64,000 nucleotides of DNA from IMG/VR virus record IMGVR_UViG_3300030376_007544, positions 32,001-96,000 of that record; one strand, 5' to 3'. Of this stretch, positions 36,096 through 46,866 are shown one piece after another (position 1 is the stretch's first letter; the number at the start of each line of letters is the position of its first letter). This stretch comes from a virus. Its lineage: Duplodnaviria; Caudoviricetes. The notes beneath the pieces were generated by a model. That model did not search any database. It was not told where the DNA came from and saw only the letters and a program-made list of their open reading frames with translations. A program made the position numbers and the translations under genes.

Positions 36096-36785
36096 CTACC
36101 CTTCCTCTTCATCAATGGTTACATCGATAGTAACATCAACGATCTCAACATCTTTGACGGGACTATCTGTCCCATCGTCTTCCTCTATAACACCCAATGG
36201 CGTCCCTACGGCTTCCTCCGAAACTTCATCTAAGATATTCGAAACAACTTCTTGATCCAAGACACCAGAAGAGGCCATTAACTCTAATAAAGCCAAAGAC
36301 TCATCCTTAGCTGCATCCTTATTGCCAACTTCTTTCACTTGACCAACCAACGAAGATTGTACCTCAATAACCTCCTGAGAATCAAGCCCAGAGATAGCAA
36401 CCTCAGTACGCTCCACGTTCATGCCCAGTAACTTCGACCTGCGATCCATGATACCTAATACAGTACGCACTGCATTCTGATCAGGTTCCACCATTATCTC
36501 AGTACCGTCGTCCAACGTCTCCCGTCGAAACTGGGTCAAAGGCCATAAAGACTTCTGCATTTCATCAAGACGTTCTAATTCTAACCTAAGAACTTCTGGG
36601 TAAGAAAGGAACGCCTCAGAGTTAAGCCTACCTAACACTCTACGAGAAGCAGCTGCTACTGCTGCAGCCGACATGTTAAACCGTTTACCGATATCAACAT
36701 TCGACAAGCCAGACTTCTTTAGCGAGAAAATCCGCAAATCCCTCTCAGCGAGGAACTCTCTTGAAAGCTTGTTAGACTCAACCAT
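36096..36785 (-). CDS. HTH protein, possibly terminase small subunit-like
   Basis: N-terminal HTH; ELERLD...IMDRRSKLLG. Confidence 0.55.
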   Translation of the reverse strand: MVESNKLSREFLAERDLRIFSLKKSGLSNVDIGKRFNMSAAAVAAASRRVLGRLNSEAFLSYPEVLRLELERLDEMQKSLWPLTQFRRETLDDGTEIMVEPDQNAVRTVLGIMDRRSKLLGMNVERTEVAISGLDSQEVIEVQSSLVGQVKEVGNKDAAKDESLALLELMASSGVLDQEVVSNILDEVSEEAVGTPLGVIEEDDGTDSPVKDVEIVDVTIDVTIDEEEG

Positions 36786-36821
36786 AATACTTATTGTATA
36801 GTGCCGTGCTATACATCGTCA

Positions 36822-37208
36822 TCAACTCCGATTTAAATACGACCAAATCTGCGCTAATGTGAAACGCTCTGCCTTAACACCACGACGTTGAGCTTCAGCA
36901 GCCAACTGACGGGGAGTCAAACCAGCCCAAACTCCGTGAAGGTCTGATGGGGGAAAACTGAGGGCATAATCGAGACATTCTTTACGTACATCACACTGTC
37001 TACACATACGTCTAGCCTCTGATATATAGGACAGGTCTTTGTGTTCTTTGGGGAACATCTTGTCCGATTTACCTTTGCAAAGTGCTTCTTGTGACCAGTG
37101 TTGAGTGGGTTCTGGTGGGTTATTGTGGGGTGAAGTGGGATCGTTTTCGGAGGGGTGTGGTTGTATAGTAGTCTTTGTGGTTTTGGTTATTTTGTGTAGT
37201 TTATTCAT
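36822..37208 (-). CDS. whiB: WhiB-family Fe-S transcription factor
   Basis: W...ALC, CxxC-x5-C, GVWAG turn. Confidence 0.92.
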   Translation of the reverse strand: MNKLHKITKTTKTTIQPHPSENDPTSPHNNPPEPTQHWSQEALCKGKSDKMFPKEHKDLSYISEARRMCRQCDVRKECLDYALSFPPSDLHGVWAGLTPRQLAAEAQRRGVKAERFTLAQIWSYLNRS

Positions 37209-37571
37209 GAGTCTTATCCGTTTCAGGGTTATGTTGTGGATAGTAGACTCTTTATGTTGTTATATTTCTATGTTACATTAGTGTGACAAAGAAGTCAAGG
37301 AGTGTGATTTAAAGATTGTGAAGGATGTAATCTAGTAACGCTATCAGCAATAATATGGTAAACCAGATGATTAGGTTGGTTATCATTTTCGTATAATCAG
37401 GTCTGTTATAAGCATAAAGCATACTAAAGAAAGGGTTAAAGCTATCGGTGTTATCATTATAGGTGTATCCTTATATAGGTGTATTAGTGTATCTGTGTCT
37501 ATGGGATTTAGTACATATTGGTGATCGTGGGGGTGTTTTGCGCCGCTTTTAATCAGAGGTGGTTACTATTT

Positions 37572-37895
37572 TTAGCAGAAACTTTGACCACATCCACAGG
37601 TTTTCTTGGCCCTATTATTGGATATTTTGAACCCTGATTCACCTAATCCGTCATGGTAATCTAGGCTTGCTCCTTCTAATAGGTCTGCACTTACTGGGTC
37701 TGTTACTACCTTTACTTCTCCGAATAGTTGTTCTATATCTTCTTCTGTGATGTCTGATTCAAAGTGCATTTCGTAATTCATGCCTGCACACCCGCCGGGT
37801 CGAACTCCTACCCTTAAGGCTTTAAGGGTTTTATCTTCTTCAGCAGCTAGTAATTCAGCTACTTTAGTTGATGCTTTTTCTGTTAAAGTTATCAT
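37572..37895 (-). CDS. iscA: A-type Fe-S cluster carrier (HesB/IscA family)
   Basis: GGCAG and CGCGQSF motifs. Confidence 0.92.
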   Translation of the reverse strand: MITLTEKASTKVAELLAAEEDKTLKALRVGVRPGGCAGMNYEMHFESDITEEDIEQLFGEVKVVTDPVSADLLEGASLDYHDGLGESGFKISNNRAKKTCGCGQSFC

Positions 37896-38025
37896 GTTTT
37901 GCTCCTTTTTCGCCAGAGGGCCGGTTTCGTCAAACGGAAAGTTTGCCGTTTCTTACGTTTTTCAGCCTTTTTCTCCCAGCGTGATTCGAGTTCATTACGG
38001 TAGATTATCTTCCAAAATAGATCAG

Positions 38026-38235
38026 TCATCGTATTCTTTTCCTGTTTAGGAATCGTGGAAGTGTGTCGTGAGTGGTGGAAGTACCTACAAATTTACTCTT
38101 TATCCTTCTATCCCACTCTACGCCTACTGCTATTGGTACGAGTATCCCAAAAGCCCACCACTGCTTATACATAACTGCATGCACGGTGGATACTATAAAT
38201 ACTACTACAAATAGAACTTTACCTAGTATTTTCAT
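38026..38235 (-). CDS. small two-TM membrane protein
   Basis: Two hydrophobic segments. Confidence 0.55.
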   Translation of the reverse strand: MKILGKVLFVVVFIVSTVHAVMYKQWWAFGILVPIAVGVEWDRRIKSKFVGTSTTHDTLPRFLNRKRIR

Positions 38236-38325
38236 TAATATTTACTTGTCCCGAATGCACGAGATGCAATAATATATCCAGCAATAACCACCGCAGTTGT
38301 GGTAGCTAATGCCCATAGTGTGCGT

Positions 38326-38652
38326 TTAACCGGCTTTGTCATTAGAATTCCCCTCTAAATGTAAGCCCCAAATGATGTTTACTCCATGTCTGTCATGTCT
38401 CATTGGGGGTAATTTTTCTGATTTCTCTGTATCAACAGGAGGGGAAACGGCAATCATTGCATACGTTCCTTCATATGCTGCTATTCTAAAATCTTCCAAT
38501 TGAGAAAGTTGCCCTAAATCATAGGATTCTTTAACGTAACGCTTATCCGTGTCACTGGTTATTTTTACATAATTATGCAGGATATTCACTTTCCAGTGCT
38601 GTTCTCCTGCATAAAAGTCATAATCAAAATCTTTTATTTCCGTTTTATGCAT
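38326..38652 (-). CDS. hypothetical protein
   Basis: Coupled ORF in a - strand operon. Confidence 0.6.
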   Translation of the reverse strand: MHKTEIKDFDYDFYAGEQHWKVNILHNYVKITSDTDKRYVKESYDLGQLSQLEDFRIAAYEGTYAMIAVSPPVDTEKSEKLPPMRHDRHGVNIIWGLHLEGNSNDKAG

Positions 38653-38978
38653 TATTTATCCACTTCTTCGTTTGGTATATACGCTTTTTCGTATGATTCT
38701 GACGTAAGTGTCTTATTTAGAGTTTTGTTTATTTCATACCCTCTGTAGTGTATATACTCAGCAATAGCGTCATCTGGCCTCTTGTTCCACTCAATTGAAT
38801 GGACTAAAGCGTCAGCATGTGTTATTAAAGTAAGTATTGTATCCCTCGCCATTAATAAATCTTTGGAGAGAGTGGAATAGTTTAAATCACGGAAGAATTC
38901 CTCTGCATGCTCTAGGTTGTCAACAACCCTTGCAGGTGTTTCTAGTCCCTTAGAAATACGCAGAGTAAATTCCTCCAT
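38652..38978 (-). CDS. hypothetical protein
   Basis: Coupled ORF in a - strand operon. Confidence 0.65.
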   Translation of the reverse strand: MEEFTLRISKGLETPARVVDNLEHAEEFFRDLNYSTLSKDLLMARDTILTLITHADALVHSIEWNKRPDDAIAEYIHYRGYEINKTLNKTLTSESYEKAYIPNEEVDK

Positions 38979-39141
38979 GACTCTACTCTTGAAGCTGTGA
39001 AGCTAAACTATGTAGATCTAAAAGGTCATTCTGTAGTTCATCAGCAGAAAACAGCGATCTTTTAGGATCAGCCGTTAATTTTAACATATCCTCAAGTTGG
39101 GATATCATCTGCTCTACAACTTCTTTGTCCATATATCTCTC

Positions 39142-39561
39142 CTACGATATCTCTATTGTACGAAGTTTCTCGTACTCTGGAATGATTCTTTCCAAATTTA
39201 TACTCAATAAACCGTCAGAAAGATCTGCGGACTTTACTTCTACGTTGTCTGCAAGCCTAAACTGCTTTCTGAAATGCCTGTGAGATATCCCACGATGCAA
39301 AACAGTTCGGTTATCTTCTGCTTGTTTCGTAGAAATAATCAGGATACCGTTTTCTACTGTCATGTTTAAGTCTTCTTTGTTGAATCCAGCGACAGCAAGC
39401 TCGATAACAAAGTTTTCCTCGTCCACTTGGACAAGGTTATACGGTGGGTAAGCATGATATGACTCATTGTACTCCAACAGTGACTCAAAATGGTCAAAGA
39501 GGGAGTCAAACCCAATACTAAAAGGCCGTAGCCTGTTTAAGACACTAATATCTGTGCCCAT
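39142..39561 (-). CDS. small heat-shock protein (Hsp20/IbpA-like)
   Basis: YPPYN, ELAVAGF, HRGI, DGLL. Confidence 0.93.
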   Translation of the reverse strand: MGTDISVLNRLRPFSIGFDSLFDHFESLLEYNESYHAYPPYNLVQVDEENFVIELAVAGFNKEDLNMTVENGILIISTKQAEDNRTVLHRGISHRHFRKQFRLADNVEVKSADLSDGLLSINLERIIPEYEKLRTIEIS

Positions 39562-39659
39562 AATAACCTCCTAAATAGCAAAGTTAAATTAATTTTTTAC
39601 AAAGACCCAATTGGCATCTTCTGTAAATATTATAGCGCTTTATAGATACAAGTCAAATA

Positions 39660-40592
39660 TTAAAAGTCAGGGTTTTCTTCACTAAATACCCATGCGATAC
39701 CAGAAGAGGGGTGCCGAAGCCTAGCAATTGCTTTTGCTTCTAACTGGCGTATACGCTCACGAGTTAAACCCATTACTTCACCTATCTCCTGTAGAGTCAT
39801 AGGGTTGCCTATATTGCTTAATCCGTGGTGCATTGTGAGTACTTGGAACTCACGCTCTGGTAGAATGGATAGTGCTTTTAGAATATCTTGGGCAAAACTT
39901 TGTCTAATACCAAGCTCATCAACCTCAATCTGGTTTGGATCTGCTAACGTATCCGCATGAGAAACATAACTATCATCAGAAAGGGGTATGTCTAACGACT
40001 CTAAACGAGTGTTTTCCATATGTGACCAGATATCATCAAACTTATCGGTATCCCAATCTAAATACTCTGCTAATTCGTGTCGAGAATACTCCCCTGCGCC
40101 GTATGTAGACTCAAACTCCTCAAGGGTTGCCGCCAACTTGCGCACATCTGCTTCTACATGCATAGGAAGGCGTATGGCACGACCAGCATTAGCGATTGCT
40201 CTTTGGCAGGCTTGGCGACACCACCACGTGGCGTATGTTGAGAACTTGAAACCTTTATCGGGATCAAACTTATCTACAGCACGCATCAAGCCAATTGTTG
40301 CTTCTTGAATTAGATCTTCGTACTCCATACGAGACTGCGAACGAGCGTACTTTGCTGCCGTGTCCATTGCTAGTCGTAAATTATGCTCAACAAAGTTATC
40401 TTTGGCACGTTGTCCTTCACGAACTGCCGCATTTAATGCTCTTCTTTCGGGAAACTCTAAAGTTATTCCCTCAATAAAACAAGTATTTAACTTTTTTGAG
40501 GCCTTTTGCCCTTCTATTACAGCCCTGCCCAGAACAATTTCTTCTTCTCTGGTAAGTATTCTATGTTTAGAACTATTAACGTAACCAGCCAT
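39660..40592 (-). CDS. RpoD/SigA-like sigma70 factor lacking region 1.1
   Basis: LTREEE, NLRL, DLIQE, GFKFSTYATWW, TRERIRQLE..LRHP. Confidence 0.93.
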   Translation of the reverse strand: MAGYVNSSKHRILTREEEIVLGRAVIEGQKASKKLNTCFIEGITLEFPERRALNAAVREGQRAKDNFVEHNLRLAMDTAAKYARSQSRMEYEDLIQEATIGLMRAVDKFDPDKGFKFSTYATWWCRQACQRAIANAGRAIRLPMHVEADVRKLAATLEEFESTYGAGEYSRHELAEYLDWDTDKFDDIWSHMENTRLESLDIPLSDDSYVSHADTLADPNQIEVDELGIRQSFAQDILKALSILPEREFQVLTMHHGLSNIGNPMTLQEIGEVMGLTRERIRQLEAKAIARLRHPSSGIAWVFSEENPDF

Positions 40593-40866
40593 TATTTGTC
40601 CTCCTCGGTGTTTGTTTGGCTAGATGGGTGGCGAAGTTTAGCCTCTTCCCTATCGAGCTCTTCAAGTTTATCATTCATTGCCTGTTGAAGCAATGCATCT
40701 AAGTAAATTTTCATATATACGCTCCTCGCTGTTCGATGTGTAATTTTTGAGTTACTGTGGTATCACTTTAGCACATAAAAGTACCAAAGTCAAGGCTAAA
40801 ACGGAACTTTTGTCAGTAAGATGTAAGTTTTGTATCTATGTTGATACTTTTGTATTTAATTATGGC

Positions 40867-42798
40867 CTAAAATTCTGTACTAACTCGGTTAAAAAGGTGG
40901 TCTTTGAGAGATTTATCGCCATACTTGTTTCGATCTTCATCACTAAGGTCAACAACACAGTGTTCGTCCTCTGTATATAACGTTCCCCATGAGTCACCAC
41001 CTAGATCAGGTTCAGATGTAATGTGTACATCTTTAAGTATCATTTCCATTGTAACGCCTGCATGACGGCATAATTCTTCTGCATCTTCCTTAGGGAAACT
41101 AAATAAGATCTCATCATGTATAGGTAGTAATGCATACTCCCACAACCCAGCCTCTTGGACCTTTATCATGGCTCTACCTAGAACATCTCTTGCCGTGGAC
41201 TGTATGCAATAGTTTAGGGCAGCATATGGGCGCTCTTTATCTACAGGAAGTTTCCTGCCTGTATGGGTTATCACGTAATTTCTTTGCCCACGTTTAACTG
41301 GGGCTGCCAATTGGTGAGAATACTTTGTCACTCCCTGATATGTGGAATCAAACAAGTCGCATACTTTTTGCGCTTCCTCAACAGATAATCCAGATTGTCT
41401 CGCTAGAGTTTTAGGTCCAGCTCCATAAACTTTACCAAAATTAACAGTTTTTGCAATTTTTCTTGTAACTCCTGTGTTGTCAGCAGTTGCTTGATGTAAA
41501 TCATCATTTTTACTAAAAATATCTAACATTACAGGATCTTGGGATAGTGCTGCAAGGACTCTCAACTCTACACCAGAAAAGTCAATTGACGCCATAGAAC
41601 AGCCTTCTTCCGCTAAAAACATACGGCGTATAGCATCTTGACCAGCAGGTAATTGCTGTAAAGGAGGATTACTTATTGACATTCTACCTGTTCTAGCCTG
41701 AAGACTGTTTATGCTAGGGTGAACTCTACCGTGCGCATCCATACTGTCTATGCATGCAATAACATAAGCATCTCTCCATTTAGCATTGTTTTTCGCTGCC
41801 ATTACCGACTTTGCCAGCATGGCCGCATTTCCCAATGAGTCATCATTTGCTATGTTAGTTAGTATTGTTTTATCAACTTTTAACGCACCAGAATTCGTAG
41901 TTTCTATAAGTTTAGCCCCTAATGATTGAAGAGCCTCCGCTACTTGCTTAGTGGCGTTATGGTTTTCAACCCCAAAAGAACTAATTATACCAAGGTGGCG
42001 TTCTTCCTCCTTAGTCATCTCTTCAGCAAGGTTTCTAGCGTAGTCAACATCAAGACGAATACCACGTCTTTGCATGTCCACGACAAGCCTAGATATAGTA
42101 TGCTCGTATTTAACTAGATGTTCCATTGTCTTACGCTTAACTTCGTCCCTTAACTTAGGAAAAAGTCTAGCAGTTAAGATAACATCTGTACCTGCGTAAT
42201 GAACAAGAGTGGGGTGTGACGCAGGAATGTTCTTCCAGCCTTCTTGAATACTCCAGCCCTGTTTCTTAAATATGTCTTTAAGTGCCGAGTCAGAGTCAGG
42301 TGCTGACGGATCAACGTGGAATGTTGAGAGCATCTTTAGCCCGTGTCCTACACCACCTTCAGATCTACTCCTAGGATCTGCTAAATGAGCAAGTATCTTT
42401 GTGTCATACGTTCGCTCTAGCATCTCTATAGCATCAACGTGCCCATGCCTATCAAGTCCTAACGTATCATAAGCTGCGTTATGCGCTAGAAGCCTGTAGT
42501 CTGTGTCATTCATGACTATATCGATTGACTTCTGGAACCAAGGCTCTGTCCACAAAAATACGTAGGCAGTGTCCTTGTCGCCCCATTGAATGCTTTTAAT
42601 CTCCCACTCTGGTGAGAAAATGTCTAAACCAGTTGCTTCGATGTCATATGCCAACGGACGCTTTCTCTCAAAAAGCCAGTCTCTAAAGTCAGCAAATTGA
42701 TCGTCTGACCTTACGAGAATAACCTCGCCTAATGAATTGTCTGCTGTATATGTATCGTGTAACCAGTCGTCTAATAGTGTTATCGGTGCATCTGTCAT
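40867..42798 (-). CDS. polA: family A DNA polymerase with 3'-5' exonuclease
   Basis: DIEATG, TGRMS..NPPLQQ, DFSGVELR, KTVNFGKVYG, IHDE. Confidence 0.95.
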   Translation of the reverse strand: MTDAPITLLDDWLHDTYTADNSLGEVILVRSDDQFADFRDWLFERKRPLAYDIEATGLDIFSPEWEIKSIQWGDKDTAYVFLWTEPWFQKSIDIVMNDTDYRLLAHNAAYDTLGLDRHGHVDAIEMLERTYDTKILAHLADPRSRSEGGVGHGLKMLSTFHVDPSAPDSDSALKDIFKKQGWSIQEGWKNIPASHPTLVHYAGTDVILTARLFPKLRDEVKRKTMEHLVKYEHTISRLVVDMQRRGIRLDVDYARNLAEEMTKEEERHLGIISSFGVENHNATKQVAEALQSLGAKLIETTNSGALKVDKTILTNIANDDSLGNAAMLAKSVMAAKNNAKWRDAYVIACIDSMDAHGRVHPSINSLQARTGRMSISNPPLQQLPAGQDAIRRMFLAEEGCSMASIDFSGVELRVLAALSQDPVMLDIFSKNDDLHQATADNTGVTRKIAKTVNFGKVYGAGPKTLARQSGLSVEEAQKVCDLFDSTYQGVTKYSHQLAAPVKRGQRNYVITHTGRKLPVDKERPYAALNYCIQSTARDVLGRAMIKVQEAGLWEYALLPIHDEILFSFPKEDAEELCRHAGVTMEMILKDVHITSEPDLGGDSWGTLYTEDEHCVVDLSDEDRNKYGDKSLKDHLFNRVSTEF

Positions 42799-42808
42799 AA
42801 ATTGTGGT

Positions 42809-43588
42809 CTACGGAACTATTTCCGGCCTTTCTATCTTCTCAGCCAATCTTGTTCTACTGTATGACTTACAGTCATTACATTGGTGTGTTTGGTACGTCG
42901 CCGACTGCGTTGTGCGCTTGCCACGTTTCTGTAGATTGTCTGAACCACATGTCGGGCAAGATGCCCCACCAGTGTATACGTTTAAGTTCGGGTGATTAGT
43001 CATCCATGGGCGTAGTTTCATGTATACGTCTCTTAAAAGCGCTACGTCCTGTCGTGCGTACTTTATCATTGTTCTCCATGCCTTTTTGTCGCCACGCATA
43101 CAACCAGCCCAAGTCTCAAACCCACCAGTAGAGACTTTACGTCCTACTCCAAGATAGTTACCTAGATGGTCTAATTTATTGCTGTTAAACATAAAATATT
43201 TACGAGCAACTTTAAGTGTGTCAACTTGGCGAACTGGGGACACTGGACCTAATCCGTGTGCCACAAATCTAGCGTTAGCCTTTCTCATGTCAAACCGATC
43301 TCCATTATGAGCAATAACTATGTCCGCTTTGTTAAAAAGTTCATGGAGCTTTTTAACTACGTGTAGATCGTTTTCGGGATCTTGCTTGTATGAGTCAGGG
43401 AAATCTACAAGTGAACACACATGTGTCTTTTTTTCATTTTCCCATCGGTAAGAAACGCATAACATGTACCACTCTCTGTCATGATCAATAACGTTCTGCT
43501 CGTATTGACCCCACACATAACTCAAGTTAGGTGCAGTCTCAATATCGTAGTACAATATGTTTGCTTTTGTCTTTGTCTGTTTACTCAT
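42809..43588 (-). CDS. DnaQ/RNase H-like exonuclease with C-terminal Zn ribbon
   Basis: DIET, HNGDRFD, Y..QDV, CPTC...CNDC. Confidence 0.85.
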   Translation of the reverse strand: MSKQTKTKANILYYDIETAPNLSYVWGQYEQNVIDHDREWYMLCVSYRWENEKKTHVCSLVDFPDSYKQDPENDLHVVKKLHELFNKADIVIAHNGDRFDMRKANARFVAHGLGPVSPVRQVDTLKVARKYFMFNSNKLDHLGNYLGVGRKVSTGGFETWAGCMRGDKKAWRTMIKYARQDVALLRDVYMKLRPWMTNHPNLNVYTGGASCPTCGSDNLQKRGKRTTQSATYQTHQCNDCKSYSRTRLAEKIERPEIVP

Positions 43589-43872
43589 AATGTTGTGCTT
43601 TCTCTATTGTCTAAGTGTAGCATACTCTCGCCGTCAATGCAAGCATATAGCCGTTTAATGTCTTCTAATTGGTAAAAACCAGTGTCTGCCTTAAAAAATG
43701 TTCTTCGATCTCTTCGTTCTTTTTTTAGAATACCTTCCTTAACTAGGCGATCTAAAGACCTCCAAACATGCTGGTAATGCATTCCCAAAAGCCTACTTAT
43801 TTGTCTTTGATTCATAGTAGGGTTCTCTAAAACCGCAAGAAGAACCTTTGTATTATTTGTCAGAATCCTCAT
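43585..43872 (-). CDS. winged-HTH (MarR-like) protein
   Basis: NQRQISRLLG...LDRLVKEG. Confidence 0.7.
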   Translation of the reverse strand: MRILTNNTKVLLAVLENPTMNQRQISRLLGMHYQHVWRSLDRLVKEGILKKERRDRRTFFKADTGFYQLEDIKRLYACIDGESMLHLDNRESTTL

Positions 43873-44362
43873 CGAATGTTATTGACTCCATTACAGACAA
43901 AGATAAATCCATCTCTGCTAGTTTCGCTTCTAAGGCATGTGTTTTTTCAAGAGCAATTCCTAATTTTCCAAAAGTGTCAGAAACGACAGATGTAAGGTAT
44001 ATTAGTTTTTCATCTGTAGAAGTAATAGAATTTAAGTGTTGCATTACTTCTGATTCAGCAACATCATATTCATTGAGTTTCTTTTGAATAAGTGATCTGT
44101 AGCTTACGAGCGTTGGTGTAAAGTTAGTGTTTTCTGAAATAACATGCAACAAAAACTCTTCAAAGTTTTCTCCAATTGATAAACAAGTACCATCTTGGTT
44201 AACATACCCCTCTTTGATTAAGAGTCGTAAAGAATCATGCACCCATTTCTCGCTTGTGCGAAAAACTCCATCTTTTGCGATAAGTAAATCTAAGGCTCTG
44301 ATTGTGTCTTTAGTGGAGTCTAGACGTATTGTTTCGGTAATTGCGTGTGTAACTTTTTTCAT
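43853..44362 (-). CDS. hypothetical protein
   Basis: ORF in operon with coiled-coil C-terminus. Confidence 0.65.
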   Translation of the reverse strand: MKKVTHAITETIRLDSTKDTIRALDLLIAKDGVFRTSEKWVHDSLRLLIKEGYVNQDGTCLSIGENFEEFLLHVISENTNFTPTLVSYRSLIQKKLNEYDVAESEVMQHLNSITSTDEKLIYLTSVVSDTFGKLGIALEKTHALEAKLAEMDLSLSVMESITFDEDSDK

Positions 44363-44399
44363 AAAACTATGATACTAGCAAAATGGGAACCTGTCAAGG

Positions 44400-44759
44400 T
44401 TATCTTTTTCCACCAAAGTATTCAGTTGCGTGGCCATTTTCAAGTAAATCGTCATTTAAGCACTTATTCCGTTCTTCATCAAGGAAAATGTTGCCTAATA
44501 TTCTTCCATATTTACCTCCAGCATCTTTAAATGTTTGAATGTAAAAATGGTCACTTTGACTCAACCAGTTTTGGACAAAAGACTTAGCTTTTAAGCCCAA
44601 CTCCTTTTCCTCTAAATCACGTGTTCTTGTTTCTGGTGTATTCACACCATATAAGCGTACTCTAGCCTTATGTAAGACATCAAAACCCAAGTCAATTACA
44701 ACATCAACTGTGTCGCCGTCTACAACTCGATCTAAAGTAACCTTATAAAAGTATCTCAT
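44400..44759 (-). CDS. thermonuclease (SNase) family protein
   Basis: VVDGDT, RLYGVNTPE, KYGRILG. Confidence 0.9.
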   Translation of the reverse strand: MRYFYKVTLDRVVDGDTVDVVIDLGFDVLHKARVRLYGVNTPETRTRDLEEKELGLKAKSFVQNWLSQSDHFYIQTFKDAGGKYGRILGNIFLDEERNKCLNDDLLENGHATEYFGGKR

Positions 44760-44787
44760 ACCTCTATTCTACCGAAATATGTAGAAA

Positions 44788-45582
44788 TTAGCACCAACTG
44801 CCACTCATGTACCACGGTTGCCATCTGCACCCATAGTGCCGATCAGCAAAATCTGAGATAATTTTTGCTTGTGTTAGGTTTATTGCAGGATCTAAAAGGT
44901 CTTCTCTAGATATACCTTGACTAGATAACCTATCTCCATGTGCTGCCCAATTAACTTGGGTAAGCCCATAGTCCTCTGTGGCGCTGATGGCATCAGATTG
45001 GCAACGTGTTTCTGCCCACATGATTGATCCAAGTTGTAGGAGGTCTGATTCTTGCCACCCTACAGAGCGTGCTGTGTCCCACCACTCTGTACATCGTGGT
45101 GTAATGGCGTAGGACGGTACGCTTGGGACATTAGTGCTGTCTAGCCCTACTGCTTCGAGTTCCTTAATATGTGCCTCTCTCGTCATGTGCCCATACACCC
45201 CATCATCTTCTACGCCTATGATTCCTTGTAAAATTTTAACCCTCGCACTAGTTTCATTCCATTGATAGTCTGTTGTGAGGGCAAACATGGCTACACCTTG
45301 CTCTAATTCCGCAATTGAAGGTTCTTGTAGTATTGTGACCTCTGGTTCCGCTTGCACTGCTAACGGAGTTGAGACTGGAATTTCACTAACAAGTGTAACT
45401 TCGTCTGCTATTGACTCACTCAAGGGTGCGTAGGGTGTTTTTTCTTCATAGCTGCTTAATTCGATTATTGATACAATCCCATCTTCTTTTGGAACGGTAC
45501 CTTCAGGAGAGGTTGTATTCGCTACAACAGCCGCACCCATAAAGCCAAGAAAAATTAAGCCAAGAAGTTTATCTGTATTCAT
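44788..45582 (-). CDS. exported lytic-transglycosylase-like protein with peptidoglycan-binding motif
   Basis: Signal/TM segment; DGVYGxxT; ETRC...DYGLTQVN...WQPW. Confidence 0.75.
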   Translation of the reverse strand: MNTDKLLGLIFLGFMGAAVVANTTSPEGTVPKEDGIVSIIELSSYEEKTPYAPLSESIADEVTLVSEIPVSTPLAVQAEPEVTILQEPSIAELEQGVAMFALTTDYQWNETSARVKILQGIIGVEDDGVYGHMTREAHIKELEAVGLDSTNVPSVPSYAITPRCTEWWDTARSVGWQESDLLQLGSIMWAETRCQSDAISATEDYGLTQVNWAAHGDRLSSQGISREDLLDPAINLTQAKIISDFADRHYGCRWQPWYMSGSWC

Positions 45583-45675
45583 AGTAATTAACGTCCTTTC
45601 ATAAAGATAGTAGATACTTTAACACAAGGTCATAAATTTGTCAAATTAATAGCAAAAACCTGTAAAAGACTTTCT

Positions 45676-46866
45676 CTAAGCAGATTCTAACGCTTCTACT
45701 TTGTCTGCCAGTTTTTGAATTGCTTGAAGCATCATAGGCACAAGAACGCTGTATCTAATGTTTTTAATACCGTCTTGATCTGTTTTTACTAAACCGGGAA
45801 TATGTTTTTCAGTTTCCTGAGCGATCAAACCCAGTAACTTTGGACCCGGAGTAGTTGCATCAATAATAGAAAATTCTCGTGTACTTTCAATAGGTTCTCC
45901 CGTATCGTTATAGTCGTAGGTTATCCTTACAGACTTGTCAAAATTGAAGTTTTTAACCTCAAGTTTACGAAGATCAGCATAATAATCTCTAGGATTTTCA
46001 ATATTTGTTTTCAAACGCTCATCTGAAAGACCAGTATACGAGTTGTTTGTGTTCTGTACATCTCCGTCTGCTTCAACCTGAAAATGCTTTGTGCCCGTTG
46101 AGGTGACATCAGACAATAAATATATGCAGTCATGCGTAGAAGTAGAAGTTGTTCTATAAAACGCCGCAGCAATAGTATTTGCTTTAACAGAAAAGAATCC
46201 ATCAGTGCCCGGAAAATCAGCGCCACCTGTTGACCCAACATAAACATAGCCAGCAGATCCAGTAATATACAATCTAGATGTTTCGTTCGTAGCAAGAGTC
46301 AATCCTCGTGCGGCAGAGTTGTGTCCAACCCACATCATAGAACCATCTCCTGCAATACCACCTGTATATCCACTAAACGCAATACTAAGTTGTCCGTCCC
46401 AGTTGGCATCAGGGGTAACATTTGTGCTAGCATTTACATAAAATTCATCACACTTTACCTGAAATAAATCTAATTTAGCGTTGTTACCCATATACACTTT
46501 TCCACCCTCAGTCTGCAAATGCAAATCACCCGCAGTCGTAGCGTCACTCTTAGACATTATCTCATTAGCATCAATCGCTAAATGCTGACCTGTGCCATCT
46601 CCGCCAGTAATTAAACAACCAGACACAGCATCTAAATCGGCGTCATCAGTATTCTTTAAAAGTAAACGTGTGCCATCAAAACAGAAATCAGCGTCACCAG
46701 CAAAAGCACTAGAACTATTTTTGAACTGTACCTGCGTATCTGAACCCGCAGGAGCTAAGGCTGTGGCGACAGTAAGTTTCCAAACTGTACCGTCCCAAAT
46801 CCATGTTAAATCGCCTTGTGTGACAGTATCGTTCGTAGAAGGGCTGTCAGGAAAATTTATAGCCAT
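45676..46866 (-). CDS. tail fibre with C-terminal S74 chaperone domain
   Basis: AINFPDSP start; SDERLKTNI, GLIAQE, coiled-coil end. Confidence 0.85.
   Translation of the reverse strand: MAINFPDSPSTNDTVTQGDLTWIWDGTVWKLTVATALAPAGSDTQVQFKNSSSAFAGDADFCFDGTRLLLKNTDDADLDAVSGCLITGGDGTGQHLAIDANEIMSKSDATTAGDLHLQTEGGKVYMGNNAKLDLFQVKCDEFYVNASTNVTPDANWDGQLSIAFSGYTGGIAGDGSMMWVGHNSAARGLTLATNETSRLYITGSAGYVYVGSTGGADFPGTDGFFSVKANTIAAAFYRTTSTSTHDCIYLLSDVTSTGTKHFQVEADGDVQNTNNSYTGLSDERLKTNIENPRDYYADLRKLEVKNFNFDKSVRITYDYNDTGEPIESTREFSIIDATTPGPKLLGLIAQETEKHIPGLVKTDQDGIKNIRYSVLVPMMLQAIQKLADKVEALESA

Noticed and set aside
40867-42798. Intron or intein in the DNA polymerase
   Set aside because: The ORF is continuous and normal-sized, with all motifs in order
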